From a bacterium (GTDB taxonomy: Bacteria; Patescibacteriota; Saccharimonadia; CAILAD01; BJGX01), in contig JAHFOQ010000002.1 in NCBI GenBank assembly GCA_023261595.1, forward strand, positions 1 through 52,156: a stretch of DNA of 52,156 nt, read 5' to 3'. Both the position numbers and the translations under genes were made by a program. The notes below the pieces were generated by a model, which was given only the letters and a program-made list of their open reading frames with translations, was not told the DNA's origin and made no database searches. How positions within the stretch are numbered: the stretch's first letter is position 1; every line of letters starts with the position of its first letter. Shown one piece after another: positions 18,412 through 27,176 of this stretch.

Positions 18412-18873
18412 TCAGCCGCCGAGGGGGAGTCCGAACTGGAGTCCCTCTGTGCTGACGCAGGTGGCAGGGGCCGAATCCTGCTTGTCGAAGGGAACTGCCT
18501 GGAAGGCCGCGATTCCGAACGACTGTCCGTCGGGGCTGACCAGGACCGGAGCGGTGCAGCGCTTCTGCGCGGCCTCGCCCTGGGTCCAGGTTGCCACGAG
18601 CTGATCGCCGGACCAGACGACGCTCATCGACTTGAGCTCGGGGACACCTTGTCCCTTCATCGTGTCGTTGAAGCGAGCCCGGAGGACTGCCTCGGCCTTG
18701 CTGCGCGTCTCCTCGGGGTGCGAGGTGTCCCGCTGGGACATGACGAGGAGCGCGATGCCCACCAGCGCGATGGCGATGGCGAACCAGATCCAGGCGAGGC
18801 TGATGCCGCGCGTGGGCTGGTCGGTGTCGTTGTCCGGCGACTCGACGGACGGCTTGTTCTGGGTGGCGGTCAT
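18412..18873 (-). CDS. bitopic membrane protein encoded by a high-GC island; diverged homolog of the adjacent 19064..19654 gene
   Basis: 153 aa. RBS GAAAGGA lies 7 nt upstream of the ATG. One TM helix (ISLAWIWFAIAIALVGIALLVM). The ectodomain aligns with the neighbour at SMSV, RCT.PV, PD.Q, VP.DK.D and CV[ST][ST], including a conserved Cys pair. About 65-70% GC. Confidence 0.65.
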   Translation of the reverse strand: MTATQNKPSVESPDNDTDQPTRGISLAWIWFAIAIALVGIALLVMSQRDTSHPEETRSKAEAVLRARFNDTMKGQGVPELKSMSVVWSGDQLVATWTQGEAAQKRCTAPVLVSPDGQSFGIAAFQAVPFDKQDSAPATCVSTEGLQFGLPLGG

Positions 18874-18917
18874 AGGACCGTCCTTTCTGTTTGGTGCGGG
18901 TACGAACTAACACAAGC

Positions 18918-18946
18918 ATAGTAGCACAGATTTATATTTAAGTCAA
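18918..18946 (-). promoter_or_regulatory. near-consensus sigma-70 promoter driving the high-GC gene
   Basis: On the minus strand: TTGACT (18946-18941), a 17-nt spacer, then TACTAT (18923-18918). It sits in AT-rich backbone just outside the island. Confidence 0.55.
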
Positions 18947-19026
18947 TACTTTTTGACAGTTATTTATATATTAAAACCAGGTTAAATTTTATATAAATAC
19001 GAATAATAGAAAAAATATATTAACAA

Positions 19027-19056
19027 AATAAAAACCCCTACGCCGATAACGTAGGG
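19027..19056 (-). terminator. intrinsic terminator of the 19064..19654 gene
   Basis: On the minus strand: CCCTACG-TTATCGG-CGTAGGG followed by GTTTTTATTTTG. Confidence 0.65.
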
Positions 19057-19063
19057 TAAATAA

Positions 19064-19654
19064 TTATGACGTTGTTGTTTCACCGAGTCTATCTGGGGAA
19101 ATCGATGTTACACATTTGTACAAAGTAGTATCGAGTTTATCGACAGGCACAGGTTCGATCTTAGGTGTCCAGTACAAGTAATGTTGTTTATCTGGTGGGT
19201 TAACTGGTACCGTACAGCGTGCATTTCCCTGATAAAAACTTAGTACAAGCTTTTTGTAATCAACATACGATACTGACATGCTATCAACGTTGAGTTGATT
19301 GTTAGCAGGCAGATTCCGATTAATCTCAATAGCCGAACTCTTCAGTTCGCGCTCAGCTGTAGTCCGCACGTTCTCTCTATCGTGAGCGTCAGAAATAAAG
19401 AGAAAAATTACCGTAATGATACCAACAAATATCAAACTAGCAACAACCCAAGCCATAGTAGACCTAAAAGATCGCTTAGGCAGATTGCTTTTTACAGCTT
19501 CAGAAGAAGTTATGGAATTAGAAGAGTTTTCAAAATCACGTTCTTCGGCATGTTTGCGCGCAGACTCTCGTTCTTCATCAGTAAGCACACGACCGCGCGC
19601 TGCCGCACCGTGTTCTCTTACTTTACCAATTTGCTGGTCAGTAGGCATGTGCAT
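19064..19654 (-). CDS. bitopic membrane protein (low-GC paralog of 18412..18873)
   Basis: 196 aa. A ~65-aa cytoplasmic N-terminus is followed by a TM helix (MAWVVASLIFVGIITVIFLFI) and an ectodomain with a Cys pair (RCTVPV … KCVTS). Confidence 0.6.
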   Translation of the reverse strand: MHMPTDQQIGKVREHGAAARGRVLTDEERESARKHAEERDFENSSNSITSSEAVKSNLPKRSFRSTMAWVVASLIFVGIITVIFLFISDAHDRENVRTTAERELKSSAIEINRNLPANNQLNVDSMSVSYVDYKKLVLSFYQGNARCTVPVNPPDKQHYLYWTPKIEPVPVDKLDTTLYKCVTSISPDRLGETTTS

Positions 19655-19725
19655 CCTTCGAATTGTAGGGTGCTACTCCGCCCGAATATATTAGTATAAA
19701 TCTATTGTGATGTCAATTTAATTAT

Positions 19726-21006
19726 CTATACAGAAAGAGTACGGCTCAGACGTTGAAGAATATTTTCGCCGACAGAATCACTACCTACAATATCTAACCC
19801 TAAATTTGCCAATCCCATTGGTGTAATATCTTGAGGTGATGTAAGTTCTCCAGTACTGTCAATTACTCTGTTAACCTCTTTTGGCTTTACAAAATCTACG
19901 GTTGGTTTGCGCGTAAAAGGCAATCCTTTGTACCAATTTTCATGAGTGAGTGCGGCTTTAATTTCAGGTAAGGCAGAACCGCCACCACACAAGAGTATTC
20001 TGTTAGGCAGGTGCTCTAGCGTATCAAACTCACCTAATGCTAATTCCACTCCACTAATCCAAGTTTCAGCATCATTCTTAAGCGCCTCGCTCACTTCTTT
20101 TTCTTTCTTTTCATCGAGCTTACCTGCCGAGTGATCTAGTTTGAGCTTCTCGGCAGAATCAAACGTTACCCCAAGAGTCGAAGCAATTCGTTTGGTAAAA
20201 CTGCGTCCACCAATGGCAAACATTTGTGTACCCTCAACTCCACCATTGTTTACGACGGCAATGTCACTGGTTCCACCACCAATGTCGATAAAAATAGCTG
20301 AAAACTCAGTACTGTCGTCTGCTCCAACACTTTTTGCAACTGCAAATGGCTCGGCAGCAATGTTAACTAAGTTTAGGTCTAAGTCTGCTGCTACTGTTTG
20401 TAGGGCACCTAAATGTACCATAGGTGCAAAGGCATTAAATATTTGAATCGTTACATCTTTACCCTGAAACCCAACTGGATTTGTTACACGGTAGCCATCA
20501 ATATGAACATCTACTACTGCTGCATTTACGAGCTTTACTTCGAGCTCTTTTTTACCTGTTTCCCACATAAGTTGTTTGCGCACTTCTTCGTACGCTTGCT
20601 TTTGAATGCGCCCTATAATGTCCATCATCTCAGCTTGATCTATTTTTACATCAGGTCTGGCTCGGCGATAACTTACACTTGTTGTTCCGCCCTTTACGAG
20701 TTCACCAGCAATACCGAGTACGGCATCTTTGGCGACCACTTCGGCCATTTCTTCAGCCCTACGCAAGGCGGCATCGCAGTTTTCTACCACACCGGCAATA
20801 TCGGTTACCGCACCACCTGCCATATCAGTAAGTCGTTGGCGTTGACGACCCACACCAATAACTTCAACTACTTGGTATGTTTTACCCGCAGAGTCAGTAT
20901 TGTCTCGAACTTGTCCGATTAAAGCCTTGGCATACTCAGTACCAATATCGAGTGCTACAAGATATTGGCCAGACTTTTTCTTTTTTGTAAGTAATGGAAT
21001 TTTCAT
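19726..21006 (-). CDS. actin-like ATPase of the FtsA/PilM family
   Basis: 426 aa. Phosphate-1 ALDIGTEYAK, phosphate-2 FIDIGGGTSDIAV, adenosine motif LCGGGSALP. The length fits FtsA, but no ftsZ lies nearby. Confidence 0.7.
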   Translation of the reverse strand: MKIPLLTKKKKSGQYLVALDIGTEYAKALIGQVRDNTDSAGKTYQVVEVIGVGRQRQRLTDMAGGAVTDIAGVVENCDAALRRAEEMAEVVAKDAVLGIAGELVKGGTTSVSYRRARPDVKIDQAEMMDIIGRIQKQAYEEVRKQLMWETGKKELEVKLVNAAVVDVHIDGYRVTNPVGFQGKDVTIQIFNAFAPMVHLGALQTVAADLDLNLVNIAAEPFAVAKSVGADDSTEFSAIFIDIGGGTSDIAVVNNGGVEGTQMFAIGGRSFTKRIASTLGVTFDSAEKLKLDHSAGKLDEKKEKEVSEALKNDAETWISGVELALGEFDTLEHLPNRILLCGGGSALPEIKAALTHENWYKGLPFTRKPTVDFVKPKEVNRVIDSTGELTSPQDITPMGLANLGLDIVGSDSVGENILQRLSRTLSV

Positions 21007-21124
21007 AATTTTGCTTATGTTTATTGTAATACGGATTAGCTACCTTTACCAAAACCATTATTGAGTTTTTTGTTCTCGTAGGCTACAATTAAGCAGATTT
21101 GGCACCTTTCAAAGGGAGAAATCC

Positions 21125-22033
21125 TTGAAAACGAACATCGAGGGGGAGTGTGTGGCTGAAGTAATGGTAATGAACCGCCGTCAAAGGCTCGTGTATTTTC
21201 CGAGCCTCCATTCTAACGAAGGAAAGATTACCACCCCGTTTAAGCTTTTGTTTGAGATTATAACTAAAATTACTATCAACTGGTGGGCATTAATTCTTCT
21301 GTGGATGGCCGAGAAAACCCGCCAACGTTGGCTTATGGTGATTGTAAAGCAAATACCGAATTCCCTCAGCTTTTTTAGAATAATTGCAACGCCAATTATT
21401 TGCTACAATCTCGCAATTGCCATCAAGGCAGATATACATTCTGATGCAATAGGTTGGTTTATGGTAATGCTTGTGGTGATCTGTTTGGATGCGCTCGACG
21501 GACCAGCAGCAAGAGATTTGGATGCTGTGAGCGAATTTGGTGCCCGACTCGATCCAGCTTCTGACAAGTTTTGTTTCTTCTGTATTGTAATTACCTATTG
21601 TGTGGCTAGTGTGTTCGAGTACAGCCTAGCTTTTTGTATTGTTGCTATTGGTTTGGCGCTGTGGTGTTTACATGTAGAGCTCAAACTCATTCGACTCTCA
21701 CTAGGGCCGTTCCGACAAATCTTGGCAGTATTAAAGCAGTATGATCCAGAGTTTTCTGACCCGGGTGCATTCTTGGAAGGAAAAATTAAGTTCAATCTGC
21801 AAATGGCCGCATGTGTAATTGGTTGGCTCGGACTCATCTGGCTTCCAGCTGATCCGACCGCAATTCTACTTATGGCAATCACCTTGTTTGCCGCACGTAG
21901 ATATGGTGACAAGTCACTTGGTAAGCATAGGAATGAGTTTGCTTGGCTGGCGGTGGTTGCACTTATTTTGCAGTATCCAGTGAGATGGGGCACTGAGAAT
22001 GATAATGTTATACCTATTCGCAAACCTGCATAA
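21125..22033 (+). CDS. CDP-alcohol phosphatidyltransferase family protein
   Basis: The signature DALDGPAARDLDAVSEFGARLDPASDK matches D-x2-DG-x2-AR-x8-G-x3-D-x3-D, and the protein is multi-TM. The start is uncertain: TTG 21125, GTG 21152, or ATG 21164/21170 after the RBS AGGGGGAG. Confidence 0.8.
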   Translation: MKTNIEGECVAEVMVMNRRQRLVYFPSLHSNEGKITTPFKLLFEIITKITINWWALILLWMAEKTRQRWLMVIVKQIPNSLSFFRIIATPIICYNLAIAIKADIHSDAIGWFMVMLVVICLDALDGPAARDLDAVSEFGARLDPASDKFCFFCIVITYCVASVFEYSLAFCIVAIGLALWCLHVELKLIRLSLGPFRQILAVLKQYDPEFSDPGAFLEGKIKFNLQMAACVIGWLGLIWLPADPTAILLMAITLFAARRYGDKSLGKHRNEFAWLAVVALILQYPVRWGTENDNVIPIRKPA

Positions 22034-22163
22034 ACATATGCTCCAAACGAAAGTTTGGAGTTTTTTCTTACTTAAAGTGTCACATCAAATTGCTTAAGAT
22101 GGTTATTTTTAGTGGTATCTACCTGCAAGCGTAAGCCGTTTGCGGTATAATAATCTCATAACT

Positions 22164-23822
22164 ATGCCTGAAGAACATTCACCAGATATTATCTACCTAG
22201 AAGCCGATAGCGAAATAACAGAAGCAATCGACAAGTTTAAAGCTGCCAAGGCTCATGAGGTAAGAGTGGCTGTTCCTGCTCGATCTGCTCTTTTGCAAAG
22301 TGCTGTGAATATTAAATTATTTAAAAAAGCTGCTGAAAATAATAAGAAAAAACTCGTTTTAATTAGTAACGATAAGGCTACACTAAGTCTTGCTGCTGGT
22401 CTTGGAGTACTCGTTGCAAAAAACGTTAAAGCTGAGGCTGCAATTCCAGAAGCTCTTACCGGTTCTATGGGCCAGAAAGCAGCCAATGAACCAATTATTA
22501 TAGAACAAGAAGCTCAACCAACCGAGAGTGCTAGTGGAAAAACGAAAAAATCTAAATCTAATGATAGTTTTCAAAAACAACATATTGCTTTGGACGATGA
22601 AGAAAAACATACTACTGCTCGCGAAGACGACGTACTTCCTCAAAGTGCGACTCATCATAAATCAAAAGATAAGAAAGTACCAAACTTCGGGGGCTTAAAT
22701 AAGAAGATATTTTGGATTGTTGCGGGTGTAGGTGCGCTTATTGTATTAATTCTTGGGTATATCTTCTTGCCAACCGCTAAAGTCGCGCTGGTTGCGAAAG
22801 CACAAAAAACACCGGTCAATCTAAGATTTACACTCGATGCCGGAACAAAGCGTTCTGACTTAGCCGGTGGCGACATTGCTGCGGATACAATTTCTACTAC
22901 CAAAGAAGTGAGTGGACAGTTTAGCGCTACAGGCAAAAAAGATATTGGCAGTAAGGCGACTGGTAATATTACGATAAAGAATGCTGCAAGCTCGAATACG
23001 ATAAGTGTTCCTGCTGGTACGACGGTGAGTTCTGGTGGTAAAAGTTTTACTACGAATCAAGCAGTAAGTATTCCTGGTGCATCTGTCTCGGGTGGTCAGA
23101 TAGTACCAGGGTCTGCCAGTGTGGCTATTACTGCCACCCAAAATGGAGATAGTTATAATGTAAGCAGTGCTTCATTTACCGTTTCTGGTTTTAATGGGTT
23201 GACGGCTACTGGCTCAACAAGTGGAGGGGTATCAAAGACGGTTACTGTAGTTACCCAGTCAGATATAGATAAAGCTCAAGCAACTCTCGTAGAAGGTGCT
23301 ACTAACGCTACGAAAACTGAGTTACAAAATAAAGCCGGTGAAAACCAACATGTTTTCGAACAAACCCTAACAGCACAGCCAACTTCAGTTTCAAGTTCGG
23401 TACCAGTGGATAGCGAAGGCAGTACTGCTACATTAACTGCTCAAATTAAATTTTCAGAACTAGCAGCTGCTAACTCTGTGCTTGATGAATTATTTAAAAC
23501 ACAGATTCAAAGCAAGGTGCCAAGTGGCAATGATATTTATCAGAGCGGTGCAAATGACGCTACTTATATGTTAGTTAAGAGTTTTGGTGCAGACAAAGCA
23601 GATATGTCGGCGAGCAGTAATGCGTTCTATGGACAGAGTATTGATAAGGACCAAGTAGCACGTGCGGTTGCCGGCAAAAGCAGAAAAGATGCCGCCGATA
23701 TTATTAAGCCATTATATCCGCAAGTTTCTCAAGTATTGGTCGAAACAAATCCTTGGCTGAGTCCAAATTTACCATTCTTTGCAAACAGAATTAAGGTAGA
23801 GATTCGAGTTCAAACCGACTAA
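22164..23822 (+). CDS. hypothetical membrane protein (possibly baseplate-J-like beta-rich ectodomain)
   Basis: ORF track gives 22140. The ATG at 22164 is preferred, because TATAAT at 22146-22151 overlaps the earlier start. It has a cytoplasmic N-terminal domain, one TM helix (IFWIVAGVGALIVLILGYIF) and an S/T/G-rich beta-type C-terminal region. Confidence 0.5.
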   Translation: MPEEHSPDIIYLEADSEITEAIDKFKAAKAHEVRVAVPARSALLQSAVNIKLFKKAAENNKKKLVLISNDKATLSLAAGLGVLVAKNVKAEAAIPEALTGSMGQKAANEPIIIEQEAQPTESASGKTKKSKSNDSFQKQHIALDDEEKHTTAREDDVLPQSATHHKSKDKKVPNFGGLNKKIFWIVAGVGALIVLILGYIFLPTAKVALVAKAQKTPVNLRFTLDAGTKRSDLAGGDIAADTISTTKEVSGQFSATGKKDIGSKATGNITIKNAASSNTISVPAGTTVSSGGKSFTTNQAVSIPGASVSGGQIVPGSASVAITATQNGDSYNVSSASFTVSGFNGLTATGSTSGGVSKTVTVVTQSDIDKAQATLVEGATNATKTELQNKAGENQHVFEQTLTAQPTSVSSSVPVDSEGSTATLTAQIKFSELAAANSVLDELFKTQIQSKVPSGNDIYQSGANDATYMLVKSFGADKADMSASSNAFYGQSIDKDQVARAVAGKSRKDAADIIKPLYPQVSQVLVETNPWLSPNLPFFANRIKVEIRVQTD

Positions 23823-24223
23823 TGGCTGGCTGTTTGGCATTTGATTATGGTAGCCAAAGAATTGGTGTAGCAATTGGCGGTGGCAAACTTGGCCGTCCTG
23901 AACCATTAGCAATTCTATCGAATGATCAGCACAGTATGCATGAAATTCAAAACCTAATAAATCAACACAGACCCACAAAGCTTATTGTTGGCTTACCACA
24001 TAATTTAGACGGTGAAGAAACTGCTCAGTCGGCAGAATGTCGTACCTTTGCCCGTAGCCTAGAAGACTTTAATCTGCCGGTAATACTCTACGATGAATCA
24101 CTTTCATCCGAGCGGGCAGAACATCGACTAGGCTTAGTATCGTTACGTAAAAAGAAACGCCAACTCGACGCGATAAGCGCTCAAATAATATTAGAGGACT
24201 ACCTTGCTCATGCAGCCAAATAA
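23822..24223 (+). CDS. ruvX: Holliday junction resolvase-like nuclease RuvX/YqgF
   Basis: 133 aa. LAFDYGSQRIGVAIG, IVGLPHNLDGEE and ERAE motifs. A TAATG overlap couples it to the upstream gene. Confidence 0.85.
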   Translation: MAGCLAFDYGSQRIGVAIGGGKLGRPEPLAILSNDQHSMHEIQNLINQHRPTKLIVGLPHNLDGEETAQSAECRTFARSLEDFNLPVILYDESLSSERAEHRLGLVSLRKKKRQLDAISAQIILEDYLAHAAK

Positions 24224-25304
24224 TCACATTCACCAACCATCACCGTCACATCAAGCAGTGCCACCAGAAAAGAAACCAGTAGATCAGTTTAAAAAACGTG
24301 TTCGAAAGACTCCGCTCTGGCTTGTAATACTTTTAGCCATACTTGGCGTTGCATTGGCAGGAATTGTTGCAGGATTAATCTGGCTATTCTCGGCAGTGTA
24401 TTTTGTACGAACCAATGTTTCGGTGAACGGGCAAGTCTTTGAAGTCAAGAAAGGCGAAAGCATAAGTGAGATTGCTAATGAATTATCAGCCCAAGGATTA
24501 ATTGATAATCCAACTGCATTTGTCCTGTATGCAAAGCTTGGACCGGCCCATGGACAACTTATTCCCGGCCCGTATCTCATCCGTCCATCTAGTTCTATTG
24601 CTACAATTATTAATGATATGAATGCTGGTAAAATTGCCCAAAATAAAATTACTTTTCCAGAGGGGATTACCTTAGCTGATATGGCAACTCGTTTTGCTAA
24701 TGCAGGGTATGGTAGTAAAGAAGAGTATATAACTGCAGCAAAAAGCCTCTCGGCTAATTATGATTTTGTTCCGGTAAGCGCTAAGTCTAATCCTGAAGGA
24801 TATCTCTTTCCTTCAACTTATACGTTTGTTCCGAATAGAGGTGCAAATGAATTAGTAAAAAAACAATACGAAGCATTCCAGACTAAACAGGTACCACTTC
24901 TCCAAGGCCCGAAACCAGCTAATTTAACATCAAACCAGGTGTTAATATTAGCCTCGATTGTAGAAAAAGAAGGTCTTACCGAAAAAGATCGTAAATTAAT
25001 TGCTGGAGTTTTTCTAAATAGACTTTCTCTCGGTATGAAGTTTGAAAGTGATGTAACGGTTAATTATGCCACAGGTAAGAAAACTACAGCACCAGCTGAC
25101 TTAAGTGTTGATTCCCCGTATAATACCTATAAGGTTAAAGGATTACCACCGACACCAATTAATAATCCTGGCACTGATAGTGTTGAAACAGTGCTGAATT
25201 ATACGCCAAATGACTACATTTTCTTCTTAGCGGGTAACGATGAAGTAGTATATTTTGCAAAAACTTTGGCTGAACACAACCAAAATATCAAAAACCACCT
25301 ATAG
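24204..25304 (+). CDS. mltG: endolytic murein transglycosylase MltG (YceG-like)
   Basis: 366 aa with an N-terminal TM helix. YLFPSTYTF, LILASIVEKEG, FESDVTVNYA and SPYNTYKVKGLPPTPINNPG motifs. Confidence 0.88.
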   Translation: MLMQPNNHIHQPSPSHQAVPPEKKPVDQFKKRVRKTPLWLVILLAILGVALAGIVAGLIWLFSAVYFVRTNVSVNGQVFEVKKGESISEIANELSAQGLIDNPTAFVLYAKLGPAHGQLIPGPYLIRPSSSIATIINDMNAGKIAQNKITFPEGITLADMATRFANAGYGSKEEYITAAKSLSANYDFVPVSAKSNPEGYLFPSTYTFVPNRGANELVKKQYEAFQTKQVPLLQGPKPANLTSNQVLILASIVEKEGLTEKDRKLIAGVFLNRLSLGMKFESDVTVNYATGKKTTAPADLSVDSPYNTYKVKGLPPTPINNPGTDSVETVLNYTPNDYIFFLAGNDEVVYFAKTLAEHNQNIKNHL

Positions 25305-25619
25305 TTCGTTTGTTTTTGCTTTTATAAAAGTAAAAAATGCCTCTTGCACACACTATTTCTTCGTGCTAGTATAGGCAACGTACTCTTTCAAGGATAAGCA
25401 TTAAGTTCAGGTTACGGTTTGTGAGCCTATCTTTGAAAGCGTTCCTGCAAATACCTTATCAGCAGAAGGAAAATAAAACAGTAACCCTGTTTTGAAAGAT
25501 TAATTAATAAGGTCGAATTTCCTGGTTCCAGAAAAATTTTCTGGAAGACGATAAGCTGCAGCGATTTCTCATCTCTTACGAAACGATGGGAAAGGGAGAA
25601 TTTTATTCGTAAAAAAGTA

Positions 25620-26813
25620 TTGGGATTGCCCCTACAAGTGCGCAGTGAATCTTTTACTAGCGTGGGGCAGCAAGATCAGTTTTCTAAAACAAACAATCCC
25701 AACCAAATAAAACCAGATACTTCGGACTCATCGCCGAAAGCTTCTGCTGTACTTGATCCAAAAAACCGACTCTTTTCGAGTCTTGTTAGTGAAAAATCGA
25801 AAAATCATCAGAAAAAGAATCATTTAGCACCAAGGTATTTCTTACATGCCGCTTTTATTATTGGTGTTGTTTTGGCCGTTGGAGCCGGTAAAGTTCAATC
25901 GCAATCAGGACTAATTTCTGCAAGTTCAGATACACCTCTCGATCAAACTTCGATGATTACTACAGGTGCCGTACTGGCTGAAAGCTCTGTAAGTTTGGTT
26001 AATTCTGATCTTAATCAAGAAGCTAAGACAATTAATTCACAAACCACAATGTCTACAGCTGGTAATGAATTCTTGCAAAAGGGCCAGCCTGTTTTAGTTG
26101 GAAGCCAAAGCCGAGATATCAGCACATACACTATTCAGAACGGTGACACTCTCAGCACAATCGGACAGAAGTTTAATATTACGACTGATACCATTAAGTG
26201 GTCGAATAATATTACTGACGAAAATAGTATTAAGCCTGGTGATAAAATTGTCATCTTACCTGTATCTGGCGTTCTGTATACAGCTACGGGCGATGATGAT
26301 CTAGTTGCAGTAGCTGCTCGATTCCAAGCTAACATAGCTTTGATTGATAGTTTTAACAACCTCGAAGGTAAAGCTCCGGTTGCTGGACAAAAATTAGTTA
26401 TTCCAGATGGTGTAGTAGCAGCTCCGGCTCCAGTCGTAGCTAAAACTGCTGTAGCTACTACCAACCCTACCACTACAACAAATGTAATTACCGGATTTCA
26501 TGGCGGTGGTGGTAGTTCGAGCAATAGCTATTCGTATGGTTACTGTACGTGGTATGTTGCAAGTCGTCGTTATGTTCCACCATTCTTGGGTAATGCGAAC
26601 CAATGGCCAAGCAATGCACGTCGTGCAGGTATGAGTGTAAGTAACTCTCCTGTAGCAGGTGCAGCTGGTGTTACACGATATGGTAACCATGTAGTTTACA
26701 TCGAGCGTGTACAGGGTGGTACTGTGTACTATACTGAAATGAATGGTCCTGCCGGATGGGGACGTGTTAACTCAGGTAGTGCTTCGGCCAGCAACTTCAT
26801 CTACGTCTACTAA
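25620..26813 (+). CDS. secreted peptidoglycan hydrolase with two LysM domains and a C-terminal CHAP domain
   Basis: LysM domains at YTIQNGDTLSTIGQKF…IKPGDKIVILP and YTATGDDDLVAVAARF…AGQKLVIP. CHAP domain at YGYCTWYVASRR … GNHVVYIE. The start is uncertain: there is no ATG, and the candidates are TTG 25620 or GTG 25638. Confidence 0.75.
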   Translation: MGLPLQVRSESFTSVGQQDQFSKTNNPNQIKPDTSDSSPKASAVLDPKNRLFSSLVSEKSKNHQKKNHLAPRYFLHAAFIIGVVLAVGAGKVQSQSGLISASSDTPLDQTSMITTGAVLAESSVSLVNSDLNQEAKTINSQTTMSTAGNEFLQKGQPVLVGSQSRDISTYTIQNGDTLSTIGQKFNITTDTIKWSNNITDENSIKPGDKIVILPVSGVLYTATGDDDLVAVAARFQANIALIDSFNNLEGKAPVAGQKLVIPDGVVAAPAPVVAKTAVATTNPTTTTNVITGFHGGGGSSSNSYSYGYCTWYVASRRYVPPFLGNANQWPSNARRAGMSVSNSPVAGAAGVTRYGNHVVYIERVQGGTVYYTEMNGPAGWGRVNSGSASASNFIYVY

Positions 26814-26824
26814 ATAAAATAAAA

Positions 26825-26850
26825 AAGATCCCCGCAACAGCGGGGATCTT
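26825..26850. terminator. bidirectional hairpin terminator between convergent genes
   Basis: An 11-bp stem AAGATCCCCGC/GCGGGGATCTT with loop AACA. It is flanked by an A-run on the 5' side, which reads as a T-run on the minus strand. Confidence 0.6.
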
Positions 26851-26910
26851 GTTATGCACGGATAATCAATTCCTTTCAGAGAGTTAATACTCATTCAATC
26901 TAGGTAAAGA

Positions 26911-27114
26911 TTAAAGGAAATGGATTTCCCTACGATTACCTTCATGATCTTCAAGCATAACTATATGGCCTACTTTTTGTTCATCACGAAGAAATTTTTG
27001 CGTGAGAATAGATTTTCGAACAATCTCTGTAGCAGTTAATTCATCCTCTGCTTGTATTTCGGCAAGTATATCTGCTTCTTTATCAGGAAGATTCATACTG
27101 AGTCTTTTAGTCAT
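26911..27114 (-). CDS. ribbon-helix-helix (CopG/Arc-like) small protein
   Basis: 67 aa. KRLSMNLPDKEADILAEIQAEDELTATEIVRKSI fits the RHH strand-helix-helix pattern. No toxin-like partner gene lies adjacent. Confidence 0.5.
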   Translation of the reverse strand: MTKRLSMNLPDKEADILAEIQAEDELTATEIVRKSILTQKFLRDEQKVGHIVMLEDHEGNRREIHFL

Positions 27115-27176
27115 TTGACCTCCGATAGAGTAAAATGCTGTAGAAATTATAATATTACTATGCTATAATGTCAACT

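Noticed and set aside
18332-18921. Alternative long ORFs in the high-GC island: 18332..18919(-), 18367..18921(+), 18350..18604(+) and 18632..18910(+).
   Set aside because: High-GC DNA keeps several frames open. Only 18412..18873(-) has an RBS, a TM helix, a sensible composition and homology to the neighbouring gene. The others are Arg/Gly/Pro-rich.
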